DNA of 64,000 bases. Origin: an uncultured delta proteobacterium (GTDB lineage Bacteria > Myxococcota_A > Polyangia > Polyangiales > B10-G4). Below are positions 50,729 through 62,718 of the stretch, piece after piece. The notes under the pieces are model-generated. The model worked only from the letters and a program-made list of their open reading frames with translations. It ran no database searches and was not told where the DNA came from. The translations under genes and the position numbers were made by a program. The stretch lies in contig CAVSGI010000021.1 in NCBI GenBank assembly GCA_963727445.1, positions 128,001 through 192,000 on the forward strand, read 5' to 3'. Within the stretch, counting starts at the first letter, position 1. Each line of letters begins with the position of its first letter.

Positions 50729-51181
50729 TCAGTCCAGAGCGTCCAGCACGCGGTCCCAGTCGGCTTCTTTGAAGCGGAGGGAGCGGGCGATGGAGAGGCG
50801 CAGGGCGATGGGGCGGCCGGCGGCGAAGCGGACGCGGTCGCCGAGGTGGGCGTCTCGAATCGCCGAGGTGGTGCCCCCGCGATAGAAGAGGGTCAGGCCC
50901 TCGTCGTCGATGCGGATCTTTTCGACGATGTGATGGTAGTGGTACGAGACGGCGAAGAGCATGGTGCTCGACATCGCGAACCACACGGCGATGCCGGCGA
51001 CGCCGATGACGCCGACCACCCAGGTGATGAAGAGCGCGTTCACGCAGACCATCCCGAGGTAGGCCCAGCCCAGGGCTTCCCACCCTTCCGTCTGCACTCT
51101 GACCTCGACCGCCGGTCCCGTCCGCTCCCGCCGCGTCCCTTCCGAGACGGCTGCGGGGGTGCGGTACGGCGAGCCTGTCAT
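50729..51181 (-). CDS. Small two-TM hypothetical membrane protein
   Basis: AGGAG directly before ATG; SPYR N-terminus; two hydrophobic helices. Confidence 0.6.
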   Translation of the reverse strand: MTGSPYRTPAAVSEGTRRERTGPAVEVRVQTEGWEALGWAYLGMVCVNALFITWVVGVIGVAGIAVWFAMSSTMLFAVSYHYHHIVEKIRIDDEGLTLFYRGGTTSAIRDAHLGDRVRFAAGRPIALRLSIARSLRFKEADWDRVLDALD

Positions 51182-51237
51182 CTCCTACATCATGAACTTT
51201 TTCGGGCGCGTCGTCTCGGGAAAATGTCGAGCCGACC

Positions 51238-52531
51238 CTACTTCGAGAAGCGCGGCGCGACGCTCCTCGGGTTGTCGCCGTAGCTCGGATCGCGATGGCC
51301 CGCGTTCAGGAAGCCGGGGCTGACGCGGAAGGGAAGGGAGGTCTCGAACTGCATCCAGAGGCTGCGCTCGGAGATGCGCTCGGGGGCATTGGCCTGCGCT
51401 TCATCGAGGTCGACGATGCGGTCGTAGGTCTCCTTCCGCACGCCGTGGCCGGTGAAGGGCGGCGTCAGGAAGAGGCCGCCCCGAGAGAAGACCTGGTCGT
51501 TCGTCGGCCCGGTCAGGATGCCGTTCAGCTCGGTCGCCGCCTGCCGGTGATAGAAGGGCGGACGAAAGGTGTGCTGCGCGATGTCCCAGCGGGGCGGGAA
51601 GATCACCAGGTCCAGCGAGTTCTCTCCCGGATGATCCATCGGTGAGCTGAGCACGATGAAGATGGAGGGGATCCGGATGGTCGACGTCCACGGAACCGAC
51701 CGGCGAAAAGCGCGACAGGTCGTACCGGTAGGGCGTGTGATTGCCGTGCCACGCCACCACGTCGAAGGGAGAGCCGGGACGCGTCGCTTCGTAGAGCACG
51801 CCACCGACCTTCGCCGTCACTCGGAAGGTGGCGTCCCCGCGATCTTCGTAGCTCGCCGTCGGCGCTTCGAAGTGCCGCGCGTCCGCGAGGCTGTTGGCCC
51901 CGACCACGCCGCGAGAAGGGAGCTCGAAGTGGCGACCGAAGGACTCGCCCACGTATCCGCGAACGATCTCGGCGCCGCGGCGCGCCACGCTCATCTTGAT
52001 CCCGCGCGGAACGATGGCGAGCTGCCCCGGATCCACCTCGAGCACGCCGCACTCGGTGCGGATGGTCAGCCCGCCGGTGTCCGGCAGTATCAAGAGGTCG
52101 CCGTCGGTGCTGTGGAACGAGCGCTCCTCCATGTCCTCGTGCGCAACGTAGACGTACGCGGCCATGCCTCGGAGCTCGGCCGGGTCCCCCGCACCGCCCA
52201 CCAACACGAGCCCGTCCACGAAGTCGCCGTTGCCCTCGAGGGGCGCCGGCTTCCAGCCGAGGAGGTTGGGCTGCGGACGCGCTTCGAGGTAGCCGAGGTC
52301 GACGCTCGGATGCAACAGCCGTTCGTAGGGCGATTCCGTGACGCTCGGACGGATCCGGTACATCCAGGTTCGGCGGTTGTGGGTCGCGGGAACGGTGAAG
52401 CACGTCCCGTTGATCTGCTCCGGGAAGAGTCCGAGAGGCGCCTTGCGCGGAGTGTTCTGCGTCCGAGGAAGCGCGCCCTCCTCGGCTTCGGTGCTGAAGT
52501 TGTTTCCGAACCCGCTCTGGTATTCGATCAT
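51238..52531 (-). pseudogene. hmgA: Homogentisate 1,2-dioxygenase, split by a +1 frameshift at ~51667-51670 (or sequencing error)
   Basis: YQSGFGN...WHGN..PY.YDL..F...DHPDP in one frame continues as SIFIVL...VIFPPRW...TFRPPFYHR in another; extra C in a CCCC run. Confidence 0.88.
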
Positions 52532-53211
52532 GTCGCCGGCTTCCGAGGCTCGAAGCTTAGGCTCTCCTCGAGCGCGACGGAACCGCGGTGCAGTTTGAAG
52601 CGCTCGCGCGTGAGCGTGTACTCGCGCCCGCCCATTCGACCGATGGTCGCGAGGGCGTCGGCGTCGACGCGGCCGTCAGCGTCCGCGATGTCGTCGCGAA
52701 GCCACACGTGGACGACGCGTCCGATCACCACCCACGAAGACTCGGGGACGCTCGGGTCGGCCTGAAAGGCTTTGAGCGTGCGGCACTCGAAGCTCAGAGG
52801 CGCCTCCTTCAGCCGAGGAGGCGTCACCACTCGGCTCGGCTCGGGCGTGAGCCCGACGAGCTCGAACTCGCTCTGTCCCCGCGGGAGCTCCTCGGCCGCG
52901 GCCGCCACCTCGCGCGCATAGCTCTCCACCGCGACGTTGACGACGAACTCGCCGAGACCGCCGTCCGCCGCAGGCCGGGCGTTGAGCAGGGAGTCCTTCG
53001 GGGTCCCGTCCGGGTGATGACCCGGGCAGAAGAGCAGGGTCATCGGCGTCGAGCCGATCGCGTTGTAGAAGGAGTATGGCGCCAGGTTGTCTCGGCCATC
53101 GGGCGAGCGGGTGGAGACGAAGGCGATGGGCCGGGGCGTGATGGAGCCTATCAGGATGCGGTAACGCTGGGCTTCGGTCAGGGCGTCCGGATCGAGATGG
53201 CGAAACTTCAT
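52528..53211 (-). CDS. Flavin reductase family (DIM6/NTAB) protein
   Basis: PRPIAFVST, NLAPYSFYN, KDSLLN, EFVVNV, IGRMGG..Y. Confidence 0.9.
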   Translation of the reverse strand: MKFRHLDPDALTEAQRYRILIGSITPRPIAFVSTRSPDGRDNLAPYSFYNAIGSTPMTLLFCPGHHPDGTPKDSLLNARPAADGGLGEFVVNVAVESYAREVAAAAEELPRGQSEFELVGLTPEPSRVVTPPRLKEAPLSFECRTLKAFQADPSVPESSWVVIGRVVHVWLRDDIADADGRVDADALATIGRMGGREYTLTRERFKLHRGSVALEESLSFEPRKPAT

Positions 53212-53245
53212 CGCCCTCGTCTCTCAGGCACGCGAGCCCCTCTTG

Positions 53246-54292
53246 TCAATCCCCGCCGGCTGCCGCGACCTGCGCGTCGACGGAAGCGGCGTCGGCCGGC
53301 GGACGCGCACGCGCGGCGATGCCTTCGGCGCCGCCCACCGTCTCGGCCCACGCCGAGAGCGCCTCCATGCCCTCGGCGAGCCCGACCCGCGGCTCGAAGC
53401 CCAGGTCGTTCTGGATCCCGCTGATGTCGAAGGTGATGGAACGCCCGCGCTTGACCACCTCGACCGGTGACGGGCCCTCACGCCGCGCCGTCGCCATCGC
53501 ACGCGCGAGCATCACCCCGAGGCCGCGCTTCGGTGGCGGAAGAGAGAGCGCGCGACAGAGCGCTTCCACGACCTCGCGAAAGCTCACGAGCTCGTTGTCC
53601 GCGACGTAGTACGCCCGCCCGCTGATGCTCTCGGCGGCGATGGCAGCGCGGATCGCGTCGACGAGGTTGTCGATGTAGGTGATCGCCGTCAGGTTGGCGC
53701 CGCTGCCCACGAGCCGAATGCCCCCCGCGCGTGCTTCGACACAGAGCCGCGGGAGCTGCGAGAAGTCCCCCGGTCCCCAGATCCGCGTCGGCCGGAGTGC
53801 GATCACGCGGAGCTCGGGGGTCGTCGCCGCGAGCGCAATCTCTTCGCCCAGTCGCTTGCTTCGCGCGTGCTCGCCGAGGGGGAGCGCGATGAGCTCTTGC
53901 GACTCGCTCCAGTTGACGTGGTCCTCGTCCGAGAGCGTCACGTCGGCGCACGACAAGTGCACCAGGCAGCGACAACCCGCGTGCTTCGCGGCATTGACGA
54001 CGTTCTCGGTGCCCGCGACGTTGACCCAGCGGAGCGCGCGGGGGGCGGCGTCCAGATCCGCGACGGCCGCGCAGTGGACGACGGTGTCACACCCCTCGGC
54101 CGCATCGGCGATCGCGTTGGGATCGCCGATCGATCCCTTTCGCACCGTTGCGCCGAGGTCCGCGAGCGCCCGCGCCGCCTCGGAGTCGGCGTCACGCACG
54201 TACGCCACGACCTCGTCTCCGTCCGTGACGAAGCGTCGCGCCGCCGCGCCGCCCACGAAGCCCGTGGCGCCGGTGACCAGTATCCTGGGCAT
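53246..54292 (-). CDS. NAD-dependent epimerase/dehydratase (3-beta-HSD-like SDR)
   Basis: ILVTGATGFVG, VVHCAA, NVAGTENV, LRPTRIWGPGD; catalytic YxxxK appears as HARSK. Confidence 0.85.
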   Translation of the reverse strand: MPRILVTGATGFVGGAAARRFVTDGDEVVAYVRDADSEAARALADLGATVRKGSIGDPNAIADAAEGCDTVVHCAAVADLDAAPRALRWVNVAGTENVVNAAKHAGCRCLVHLSCADVTLSDEDHVNWSESQELIALPLGEHARSKRLGEEIALAATTPELRVIALRPTRIWGPGDFSQLPRLCVEARAGGIRLVGSGANLTAITYIDNLVDAIRAAIAAESISGRAYYVADNELVSFREVVEALCRALSLPPPKRGLGVMLARAMATARREGPSPVEVVKRGRSITFDISGIQNDLGFEPRVGLAEGMEALSAWAETVGGAEGIAARARPPADAASVDAQVAAAGGD

Positions 54293-54369
54293 CGACCCGA
54301 GCATAACGTGCTCCGGCCATCGCGCCCGCTACATCATCCGCTCGAAATCCTCTGGCAACAGGACTAGGA

Positions 54370-56288
54370 TTGCCCGTGCTTCGTCTTCTGCCCCTGGCCG
54401 TCGTCCTCGGGGCCGTCGCCCAGGGTTGTGGTGGCGATCCGGCCGCATGCGTGGACGAAGACTTCGACGGCTTCGGCGAGGGTTGTGAGCCGGGGCCGGA
54501 CTGCGACGACAGCAACGCCATGCGCAACGTCGATTGCGAACGGGTACCCGCACCGGACTGCATGGCGGACCCCTTCGCCACCGGTTGTCCGTGCCTGGCG
54601 AACGCGCGCGCTCTCTGCTTCGCCGGACCGCCGGAGGCCGTCGACGTGGGTCTGTGCGTCGGGGGCCAGACGCTCTGCGTGAATGGGCACTGGGGACTCT
54701 GTGAAGGCGCGGTGGTGCCGCGAGGGGAGACCTGCGACACACGCGATCAGGATTGCGACGGCCTCGTGGACGAGGGCGTGCAGAGCCCGTGCGGCGGATG
54801 CGAGCCGGGATGCAACGGGGGTGTGTGGGGCGAAGCGGACGCGCCCTTCGAGGCGAGCGAGACGCTCTTCGTGGGGCCGGAGGGCGAGCTGACGCTCGCG
54901 TACGGGGAGCGGCCCGTCGCCGGCGCGGTCTGGATCGCCAACAGCGGCGAAGGGACGATCTCCAAGATCGACGCGGCCACTGCGACCGAGGTCGCCCGCT
55001 ACCAGAGCGGCGGAAGCGAGCCGAGCCGCGTCGCGGTCGACTACCGCGGGGACGCGTGGGTGGCCAATCGCGAGTTCGAGGGCGTGTCCACGCTCGTGAA
55101 GATCGCCGGCGACCCCTCCCGCTGCGTCGACGCCACGGGCGACGGCCTCACCACCTCCACCGGCCCAGCCGACGTCCTGCCATTCGGAGAGGACGAGTGC
55201 GTGCTCTTTCGGACGGACGTCGGCACCACGGGCGAAGTGGCGCGCGCTCTCGCCATCGACGGCGACCTCGGACTCGACGAGACGTCGGGAGGCAACGCAT
55301 GGGTCGGCCTGCACGAAGGGCACGCGGTGGTGGTGGTGGACGGCGCGACCGGCGCGGTGCTCGACCGCATCGAGACGCCGAACTTCTCGCCCTATGCCGC
55401 CGCCTTCGACGCCTGGGGCACTCTGTGGCTCTCCGAACGCGATGGTTACATCGCGCGCATCGACCGCGGGGTGACACCGCGCGAAGCGACCATCATCGAG
55501 GTACCCTTCGCCTGCTACCTCCTCTACGGCTTGACCGTCGACGTGCGCGGTCGCGTCGTGGCAACCGGCTTCTCCTGCGACGACGTCATCACCTACGACC
55601 CGCGTCGCGATCTCTTCCGGCAGCTCCCGTCGCCGCCGAGCCCGCGGGGCATCGCGCTCGGGCTCGGCGAGGGCGACCTCTTCATGGCGCACACCGGGGG
55701 GAGCGTCTCCCGTTTGAGCGTCGACGAGAGCCGCATCCTCGACACCGATCCGCTCGCGAATGCCGACGCCACGCCCCTCGAATCCATCGGGGTGGGCGTG
55801 GACGGCTTCGGCGACGTCTGGGTGGCGAGCACCCACGGTGGCCCGGGCGGGGTCGGGTTGGCCACGCGCGTCAGCCCCATGGACGGCACGGTGACCGCGC
55901 AGGTACCGGTGGGCCGCGGGCCACACACCCAGGGCGATCTCACCGGCGCCGAGCTTCACGGCGGCTTCGTTCCCGAAGGCGAGACGACCCACCTCTTCAG
56001 CGGCTGCCTCGGCGGGCAGACCGACTGGCTTCGCTTGCACGTCGATGCCCTCGTCGGCGCGGCGGGAACGGTGGAGCTCAGCGCTCGCCACGCGTCCTCG
56101 GAGACGGCCCTTTCGTCTGCGCCCTGGGTGGTCCTCGGGACCCTGCCCGAGGACATGCAGCCCTTCGATCTCGACTTCCCGATCGATGGGGTGGTCCAGG
56201 TGAGGCTCGTGCTTCGCACGGCGGATCTCGATGGGGCACCGCGGATCTTCGGGTGGGGCTCGAGTGGTCGTGCCCCGGTCCCGATTGA
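54370..56288 (+). CDS. Lipoprotein with MopE-like Cys repeats and Vgb/NHL-like beta-propeller; frameshift near 56250
   Basis: Lipobox AQG-C; DEDFDG..DCDD, DQDCDGLVDE; WIANS, PSRVAVD, WVANR; likely true C-terminus RVGLEWSCPGPD-stop lies in the shifted frame. Confidence 0.75.
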
Positions 56289-56347
56289 GCGTGCCGCTTC
56301 CCCGGTAGTTTTCTCGCGGGTCCCGCCCTGGGGTAGGATGCTGGCTT

Positions 56348-57244
56348 ATGAAGGCACTATCGCGACATGTGGCAACGGCCCTGGTGGTCCTCGCCGCGAC
56401 CGCCTCACCCGCGCTCGCGCAGGAAGAGGAAGAAGAGGGCGCCGATGGTGACGAGGCGGCCGAAGACGCGCAGTCGATGATGACCGACGACTCGTCACTC
56501 GATGATCAGGCCGCGCGCGAGTTCTTCGCCGCCGGGCGCAACCTCTACGACCTCGGGCGCTTCACCGAGGCGGCCGAGCAGTTCCAGCAGGCCTACGATC
56601 TGTCGCACCGGCCGCCGCTCCTCTACAACCTCTACCTCGCCCACCGCGACGCCTCCCAGGATCGCGAAGCGGCCGCCGCGCTTCGCCTCTACCTCGAACA
56701 GATGCCCGAGCTCGACAATCGACGTTCCCTCGAGGTGCGCCTCGAGAACCTCGAGCGGGCGCTCGCCGAGCAGGATGCCGATCGCGAGGCGGCGGCGCGC
56801 GACGCCGAGGCCGCGGTCCGGGCGGAGCAGGAGCAGCGTGAGCAGGAAGAAGCCGAGCGCCGCCGACAGGAGGAGAGCTCCGCGACGAGCCCCGTCCCCT
56901 GGATCATCGCCGGCGTCGGCGGCGCGATGGCGGTGGTCGGCATCATCACCGGGGCGATGGCCCTCGGGCAGGCCTCGGCGCTGAAAGAAGGCTGCGTCGA
57001 CCTGGGCGACGGGAGCTACGCCTGCGATCCCGCGGACCAGGAGCTCGTCGACAAGCAATCGTCGCTGTCGACCCTCGCGCCGCTCACCGACGTCATGCTG
57101 ATCGGCGGCCTGGTCGTGGCCGCCGCCGGCGTCACCTGGGGATTGATCCAGATGATGGGCGGGAGCAGCGACGAGGAGAGCCCGCAGGTGTCGGCGATGT
57201 GCGGTCCGACCGGGTGCGGCGCCAGCGTACGGATGGGGTTCTGA
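56348..57244 (+). CDS. Secreted TPR protein with C-terminal membrane segments (myxobacterial type)
   Basis: Signal peptide ALA-Q; AREFFAAGRNLYDLGRFTEAAEQFQQAY TPR; C-terminal CGPTGCGASVRMGF. Confidence 0.8.
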   Translation: MKALSRHVATALVVLAATASPALAQEEEEEGADGDEAAEDAQSMMTDDSSLDDQAAREFFAAGRNLYDLGRFTEAAEQFQQAYDLSHRPPLLYNLYLAHRDASQDREAAAALRLYLEQMPELDNRRSLEVRLENLERALAEQDADREAAARDAEAAVRAEQEQREQEEAERRRQEESSATSPVPWIIAGVGGAMAVVGIITGAMALGQASALKEGCVDLGDGSYACDPADQELVDKQSSLSTLAPLTDVMLIGGLVVAAAGVTWGLIQMMGGSSDEESPQVSAMCGPTGCGASVRMGF

Positions 57245-58074
57245 TGACAGGTTTTCGCATCGTGAGTCTCACGTCGCTCCTCGTGTGCGTCGGCTGCTCG
57301 GCCATCACCAGCCCGGGGAGCTTCCAGTTCGACGCGGCCGCGACGGGATGCCCCGAGGCCGACGCCGTCGATCTCGCGATCGAGGTTCGGAATTTCGAGG
57401 AGTTCGAGGACCAACAGATCCAGATCATGGCGGTGGACGGCACGAACGATCTCGTGTTCCGCGCCATCCTCGACCACATCGATCACGACGGCGTCTCGGA
57501 TGACGGAACCGACAACTCCGCCCGTCTCTGCCTGGTCATCCCCGAGCTGGTCGACGCTCACGACTCTCTGGTGATCCGGACCTTCGTGGACCGCGAGGTC
57601 AACGGCTTCTATCAGCCCGTCGACGGCACCGGCGCCGACTTCGAAGAGGGCTGGCAGGACGACGTGACCGATGGGGTCGTCGTGATCGACGGCACCGACG
57701 ACCCCACCGGCTTCGACGATCCCTCGTCGGCATCGGGAAACTTCCAGGTGTCGACCACGGGGATGAACGTTCACGTCCCGAACACCCAGCATCTGGCTGC
57801 CATGGTGATCGACCCGGCGGACGGAGTCCCCATCGGGTTCTATCGGCTCGCCGACGTGAACACGTCGGATCCCGTGATCTTCCTCAACGAGATCCTCGAG
57901 CCCGACAGCACCTACGACCTCGAGTTCTACGTCGACTTCGTCACCAACGGCTACTACGACCCGCCGCCCATGGGCGATCACTCCTGGTTCCGCGAATACA
58001 CGAGCGACGCCGTCGGCGACATCAGCGAAGACTTCGCCCACAACACCGAGTTCGACGTCCTCGACTACTTCTGA
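57244..58074 (+). CDS. Acidic lipoprotein with two tandem beta-rich domains
   Basis: Lipobox CVG-C; duplicated motif FVDxxxNGFY / YVDxxxNGYY; coupled to the TPR gene by TGATG. Confidence 0.72.
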   Translation: MTGFRIVSLTSLLVCVGCSAITSPGSFQFDAAATGCPEADAVDLAIEVRNFEEFEDQQIQIMAVDGTNDLVFRAILDHIDHDGVSDDGTDNSARLCLVIPELVDAHDSLVIRTFVDREVNGFYQPVDGTGADFEEGWQDDVTDGVVVIDGTDDPTGFDDPSSASGNFQVSTTGMNVHVPNTQHLAAMVIDPADGVPIGFYRLADVNTSDPVIFLNEILEPDSTYDLEFYVDFVTNGYYDPPPMGDHSWFREYTSDAVGDISEDFAHNTEFDVLDYF

Positions 58075-58080
58075 TCGGCC

Positions 58081-59064
58081 TTACGCCGCGGCGGCCATCG
58101 CCCCCTCGACCGCGGCGCGGAGCTCGGCGTTCGTCACCAGCGCTTCGCGGGTCCGCTCGCGGCCCTGCGCCAGGCGCTCGCCGCCGAAGGCGTAGTGCGA
58201 GCCGCTCTTGTCGATGACGCCCTTGGCGACCGCGCTATCGAGGAGATCGGCGGCGACGTCGATGCCTTCGCCGTAGCGGATGTCGAATTCCACAGAGGTG
58301 AAGGGCGGGGCGAACTTGTTCTTCACGACCTTCACCCGCGTTCGGTTGCCGAGGACCTGGTCGCCGTTCTTGAGCGCGCCGATGCGCCGCACGTCGAGAC
58401 GCACCGAGCTGTAGTACTTCAGCGCGTTGCCGCCGGTGGTCGTCTCCGGCGAGCCGAACATGACGCCGATCTTCATCCGCAGCTGGTTGATGAACATCAC
58501 GGTGGTGCCGGTCTTGTTGGTGACGGAGGTGAGCTTGCGCAGGGCCTGGCTCATCAGGCGCGCCTGAAGGCCCATGTGCGGGTCGCCCATGTCGCCCTCG
58601 ATCTCGGCTCGCGGGACGAGCGCCGCCACGGAGTCGACCACCAGCAGGTCCACCGCGCCCGAACGAATGAGCGTCTCGGCGATCTCCAACGCCTGCTCTC
58701 CACTGTCCGGCTGGCTCACCAGGAGGCGCTCGGGCTCGACCCCGAGCGCCTTGGCGTAGCGCACGTCGAGGGCGTGCTCGGCGTCGATGAAGGCGGCGAC
58801 GCCGCCCAGCTTCTGGCATTCGGCGATGGCGTGCAGGGTCAGCGTCGTCTTGCCGCTCGCTTCGGGCCCGTAGATCTCCACGATGCGCCCGCGCGGATAG
58901 CCGCCGACACCGAGCGCGCGATCGAGCGACGGAGAGCCGGTGGGAATGCACGGCACCTTCTCCACGTCGCGGTCCCCGAGTCGCCTTATCGATCCCTTCC
59001 CGAAGGTCTTGTTGACGGCGTCCACCGCCTCCTTGACCGCCTTCAGCTTGTCCTTGTTCACCAT
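58081..59064 (-). CDS. recA: Recombinase A
   Basis: [43 protein letters not shown]. Confidence 0.98.
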   Translation of the reverse strand: MVNKDKLKAVKEAVDAVNKTFGKGSIRRLGDRDVEKVPCIPTGSPSLDRALGVGGYPRGRIVEIYGPEASGKTTLTLHAIAECQKLGGVAAFIDAEHALDVRYAKALGVEPERLLVSQPDSGEQALEIAETLIRSGAVDLLVVDSVAALVPRAEIEGDMGDPHMGLQARLMSQALRKLTSVTNKTGTTVMFINQLRMKIGVMFGSPETTTGGNALKYYSSVRLDVRRIGALKNGDQVLGNRTRVKVVKNKFAPPFTSVEFDIRYGEGIDVAADLLDSAVAKGVIDKSGSHYAFGGERLAQGRERTREALVTNAELRAAVEGAMAAAA

Positions 59065-60581
59065 CCGCTCACCTCTTTTCTTTCACCCGCCGGGAGATCA
59101 CCCCGGTACTGGAGGGCCTCGGCGATCTCCGCCGGCCCGACCTCCTCTACGCTCCCCAGGTCCGCGATGGTCCGCGCCACCCGGAGCGTCTTCACGTAGG
59201 CGCGGGCGCTCAGGCCCATGCGATCCACGGCGCTGTCCAGGAGAGAGAGCGCCGCCGCGGTTGCGCCGTAGCCGATGGGCGCGTCCGGTGGCGTGGCGTC
59301 GAGGCGCGCGAGCCGTCGCAGGCGTGCTTCGCACACCCGCGCGCGCACTTCCCGGCTCGGCTCGCTCGGCGCCATGCGGCGGAGTGCTTTCGACGGAACG
59401 CGGGGCACGGTGACCACGAGATCGAATCGGTCGCGGAGCGGGCCGCTCACGCGCGCTCCGTAGCGCGCGATGGCGTCGGGCGAGCAGCGGCAGACGCGCC
59501 CGCGATCGCCGTGGTGACCGCAGGGGCAGGGATTCATGGCGCCGATCACCAACGCGCCTGCGGGCATGATGGCGCGGTGGCCGACCCGCGCGACGCAGAC
59601 CCGCCCCGACTCCATGATCTGCCGGAGCGATTCCACGGCGTCGCGGCGCAGCTCGGGCAGCTCGTCGAGAAAGAGCACGCCGCCGTGGGCCAGGGTGACC
59701 TCGCCGGGGCGGACCGGACTTCCCCCGCCGATCAGCGCGGCGGTGGAGGCCGTGTGATGGGGAGCGCGAAAAGGCCGGACCACCGCGCCGTCGGAAAAGG
59801 GGATGGGGAGGCCGGCCGCCCCGGCGATGGTCGCGATGTCCAGGGACTCGCGCGGACCCGGGGGAGGGAGAATGCCGGGCAGGCGTCGGGCGAGCATCGT
59901 CTTCCCGGTGCCGGGCGGGCCCGTCATCAAGAGGTGATGTCCGCCCACGGCAGCGATCTCGAGCGCACGGCGCGCGGCGCCCTGACCGCGTACGTCGGCG
60001 AGGTCGGGGGGCGTCGCGAGCGCTCCCGCCCGGAACCCTTCGCCCGACGCCTCGGGCAATGATCCAGTGCCCTCGAGAAAGGACACCACCTCCGTCAGGT
60101 GCCGCGCGACGAAGACCTCGAGCCCGGCGGCGAGCGAGCCCTCGGCGCCGTTGCCCTCGGGGATCACCGCCGCCGTGAGGCCGAGCTCGCGCGCGCTCCT
60201 CAACTGCGCGAGGACGCCGCGCACCGGACGGAGCTCACCTGTCAGCGAGAGCTCACCGAGGAGCAGGGTCGACCCGAGCCGATTCGGCGCGCACAGGTTG
60301 CCGAGGGTCAGAAGGGACACCGCGATCGCCAGATCGAAGCCCGCCCCCCGCTTCTTCAGATCGCCGGGCGCGAGGTTCAGGAGCATCCGCCTCTCCGGGA
60401 GCTCGTACCCGTTCGCGTCGAGAGCCGCGCGCACCCGCACCCGACTCTCCCGCACCGCGGCCTCGGCGAGCCCGATCAGGTCGAAGCCCGTGCTCGGCAG
60501 CCCCTTGGCGAAGCCCGCCTCCACGACCACTGGGTGCGCTTCGATGCCGTAGACGGTGGAGGTGTGAACGTGCGCGGCCAT
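59058..60581 (-). CDS. comM: YifB/ComM Mg-chelatase-like AAA+ ATPase
   Basis: [54 protein letters not shown]. Confidence 0.93.
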   Translation of the reverse strand: MAAHVHTSTVYGIEAHPVVVEAGFAKGLPSTGFDLIGLAEAAVRESRVRVRAALDANGYELPERRMLLNLAPGDLKKRGAGFDLAIAVSLLTLGNLCAPNRLGSTLLLGELSLTGELRPVRGVLAQLRSARELGLTAAVIPEGNGAEGSLAAGLEVFVARHLTEVVSFLEGTGSLPEASGEGFRAGALATPPDLADVRGQGAARRALEIAAVGGHHLLMTGPPGTGKTMLARRLPGILPPPGPRESLDIATIAGAAGLPIPFSDGAVVRPFRAPHHTASTAALIGGGSPVRPGEVTLAHGGVLFLDELPELRRDAVESLRQIMESGRVCVARVGHRAIMPAGALVIGAMNPCPCGHHGDRGRVCRCSPDAIARYGARVSGPLRDRFDLVVTVPRVPSKALRRMAPSEPSREVRARVCEARLRRLARLDATPPDAPIGYGATAAALSLLDSAVDRMGLSARAYVKTLRVARTIADLGSVEEVGPAEIAEALQYRGDLPAGERKEVSGW

Positions 60582-60593
60582 GCCCGCCGCCGG

Positions 60594-60609
60594 AGCACGG
60601 CCCGCGCCA
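60594..60609 (-). promoter_or_regulatory. Putative sigma54 (-24/-12) promoter for comM-recA
   Basis: Minus strand TGGCGCG-GGCC-GTGCT, 12 nt upstream of the comM ATG. Confidence 0.55.
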
Positions 60610-60707
60610 GATTTCGGCCACGTGATTCCGCGGGGTTACGCGAAAAAAGCGGCGAACCCTCCGCCACTCCGCCGGCGGCCGCCACCCGTGAGCGGCCACC
60701 GCCAAGC

Positions 60708-60736
60708 AAAACGGCCGACCCCGAAGGGCCGGCCGT
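60708..60736 (-). terminator. Rho-independent terminator after the vWA lipoprotein gene
   Basis: Minus strand acggccggccc-TTCG-gggtcggccgt followed by TTT. Confidence 0.7.
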
Positions 60737-60759
60737 CGCTCATGCGATCCGCGCTCGGA

Positions 60760-62512
60760 TCAGTTGCAGGTCGGGTTGACGCAGATGCCGGCGCTGCAGC
60801 GGAAGCCCGAGGAGCACTGGGCATCGCTGCTGCACTGGACCTGCCAGGTGCGGCTCTGCTCGTCGCAGACCAGGGTGCCGCCTTCGACGCCCGAGGGGAG
60901 CTGACAGGTGGCGTCACCCATCGACATGCCGTCGGCGCAGGTGGCGCCGGGCGAGGTGCAGGGGGTGTCCGGCTGAATGACCGCCGAGCCGCCCGTGCCC
61001 TGGACCGGCTGCAGGCACTCGAGGCGAACCAGGGTGCCGGTGCGCGGCTCGTTGCCCGAGGTGAAGGAGATGCGCTGGCCGGTGCTGCCGGTCATCGTGT
61101 CGCCGCAGCGAGTCATCACGTCGGCCGAGAAGTTGTCGTAGTACCAGCCGGGATCGGTCGGGGCGACGCCGCCGCTCGGAACCAGCTGCGCGACGCGGCA
61201 GACCTGGCCGCCGGTGTCGGGATCGGTCTCGACGAACTCGCGGCCCGGGATCTGATCGCAGCGGGTGAACTCGCCGTCGACCGGCAGCGTCTCGATGACG
61301 TCGCAGGACACGGTGCCGTCATCCGCGGGGTTCAGCTCGCGCGGCAGGCACGCGCCGCCGAGGACGTCGGCGATCTTGTCGATGACCGCGCTGATGGCCG
61401 GCGAGAAGTCGGCCTGGCAAATCGACTGCACGATGCCAGCGGCGCCGGCTGCGTCGAGCTGGCGGGCCACCTCGACCATGCGGCGCGGCGGGAAGGCGAA
61501 GCCGCGGCCCGCCACGTTGCACGAGGTACGCAGGCGCGTGGGCATCATCGGGTCGATCTCCTCGACCATGTTCGGGTCGGCGAGGATCTCCTCGAAGGTC
61601 TTGTCCGGCGTGACCGCGTCGGTCGGGACGCCAGCGATGATGGCGTAGACCAGCAGGTCGGGGCTGGTGCGCGTGGCGAGGAGGCCGTCGACGTAGCGCT
61701 CGACCGGCTGAACCGCGCCGGGGAAGGAGAAGCAGCGCAGGTTGAGGTCACCCGTGTAGACCGCGCTCGTCGGGTTGAAGACCTCGGGGTCGAGGGCGGA
61801 GCAGTCCTCCTCGTCCGAGACCTCGATGATCGCGAGGAGCGAGTCCTCGCGGAGGAAGCCCGCGTTCGCGCCGTCGGCGTGGCCGGTGGTGCCCATGTTG
61901 AAGGTGCCGTCGAAGCGACCCACCGCGGGCTGCGTCGAAGAGGTCACCGCCTTGAGGACCGCCTCGAGCTGCTGCTCGAAGCCGCAACCGCCAGTGCCGC
62001 GTGACGGCGACGCAGGTCACCTCGTCCGCGAACGCGTCCGGGTCGTCGGTCATCGGGTTGAACGTCAGGAACGGCGGGTAGGTGGCGTTGCAGCCGGGGA
62101 TGGAGGTGTTGCCCGTGGTGCGCAGGACGCCGTCGTCACCGAAGTTCGGCTCGGCGCAGGTCGGAACTACGAAGCCACCCGTACCCATGTCGGAGGTGAC
62201 CACGCCGACGTTGAGGCTGCGCACCGGAGGGAAGTCCTGGATGCCGTCGCCGTCCTGGTCACCCGACGCGAGGATGCGGATCAGGTTCGGGAACTCCGTC
62301 ACGAGCGACGTCTGCTCCTCCGTCATCGAGTTCGAGTTGTCGACCATGAAGAGCAGGTCGACCTTGTCGACGCTCGTCACGCGAACCTTCTCGACGACAC
62401 CCGAACGGGTGCATGGATTGAGAGCCTTGAGCTCTCTCTCCAGACAGCCGCTGGTGACCAGCCCCAGCCCGAGGGCTGAGACCATGAAGAGCGTTGAAAA
62501 GCGGGCGCGCAT
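60760..62512 (-). CDS. vWA-like (MIDAS DxSxS) Cys-rich lipoprotein; frameshift at ~62000
   Basis: Lipobox TSG-C; VDLLFMVDNSNSMTEEQ; TCVAVT then, in a shifted frame, GTGGCGFEQQLEA, GFLREDSLLAI, DEEDCS. Confidence 0.8.
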
Positions 62513-62605
62513 CGTTCCTCCGTGAGAGCTCTTTCGAGGTGGCCGACCTTATCCTTCGGCCATGGCCCAGATCAATCCTGCGTTCTCTGGTCCATGATGG
62601 GAAAT

Positions 62606-62621
62606 ATCAATCCTCGTGCCA
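62606..62621 (-). promoter_or_regulatory. Putative sigma54 promoter for the vWA lipoprotein
   Basis: Minus strand TGGCACG-AGGA-TTGAT. Confidence 0.6.
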
Positions 62622-62718
62622 AGCTTGATCCCTCGGAATCGCTGGATTTGACGCGGCCGAGGGGGGCTTGGGGTGTAAACCGAGTTGGCATGCTGGTCAA
62701 CGTCGTTGGCGGGTCCGG

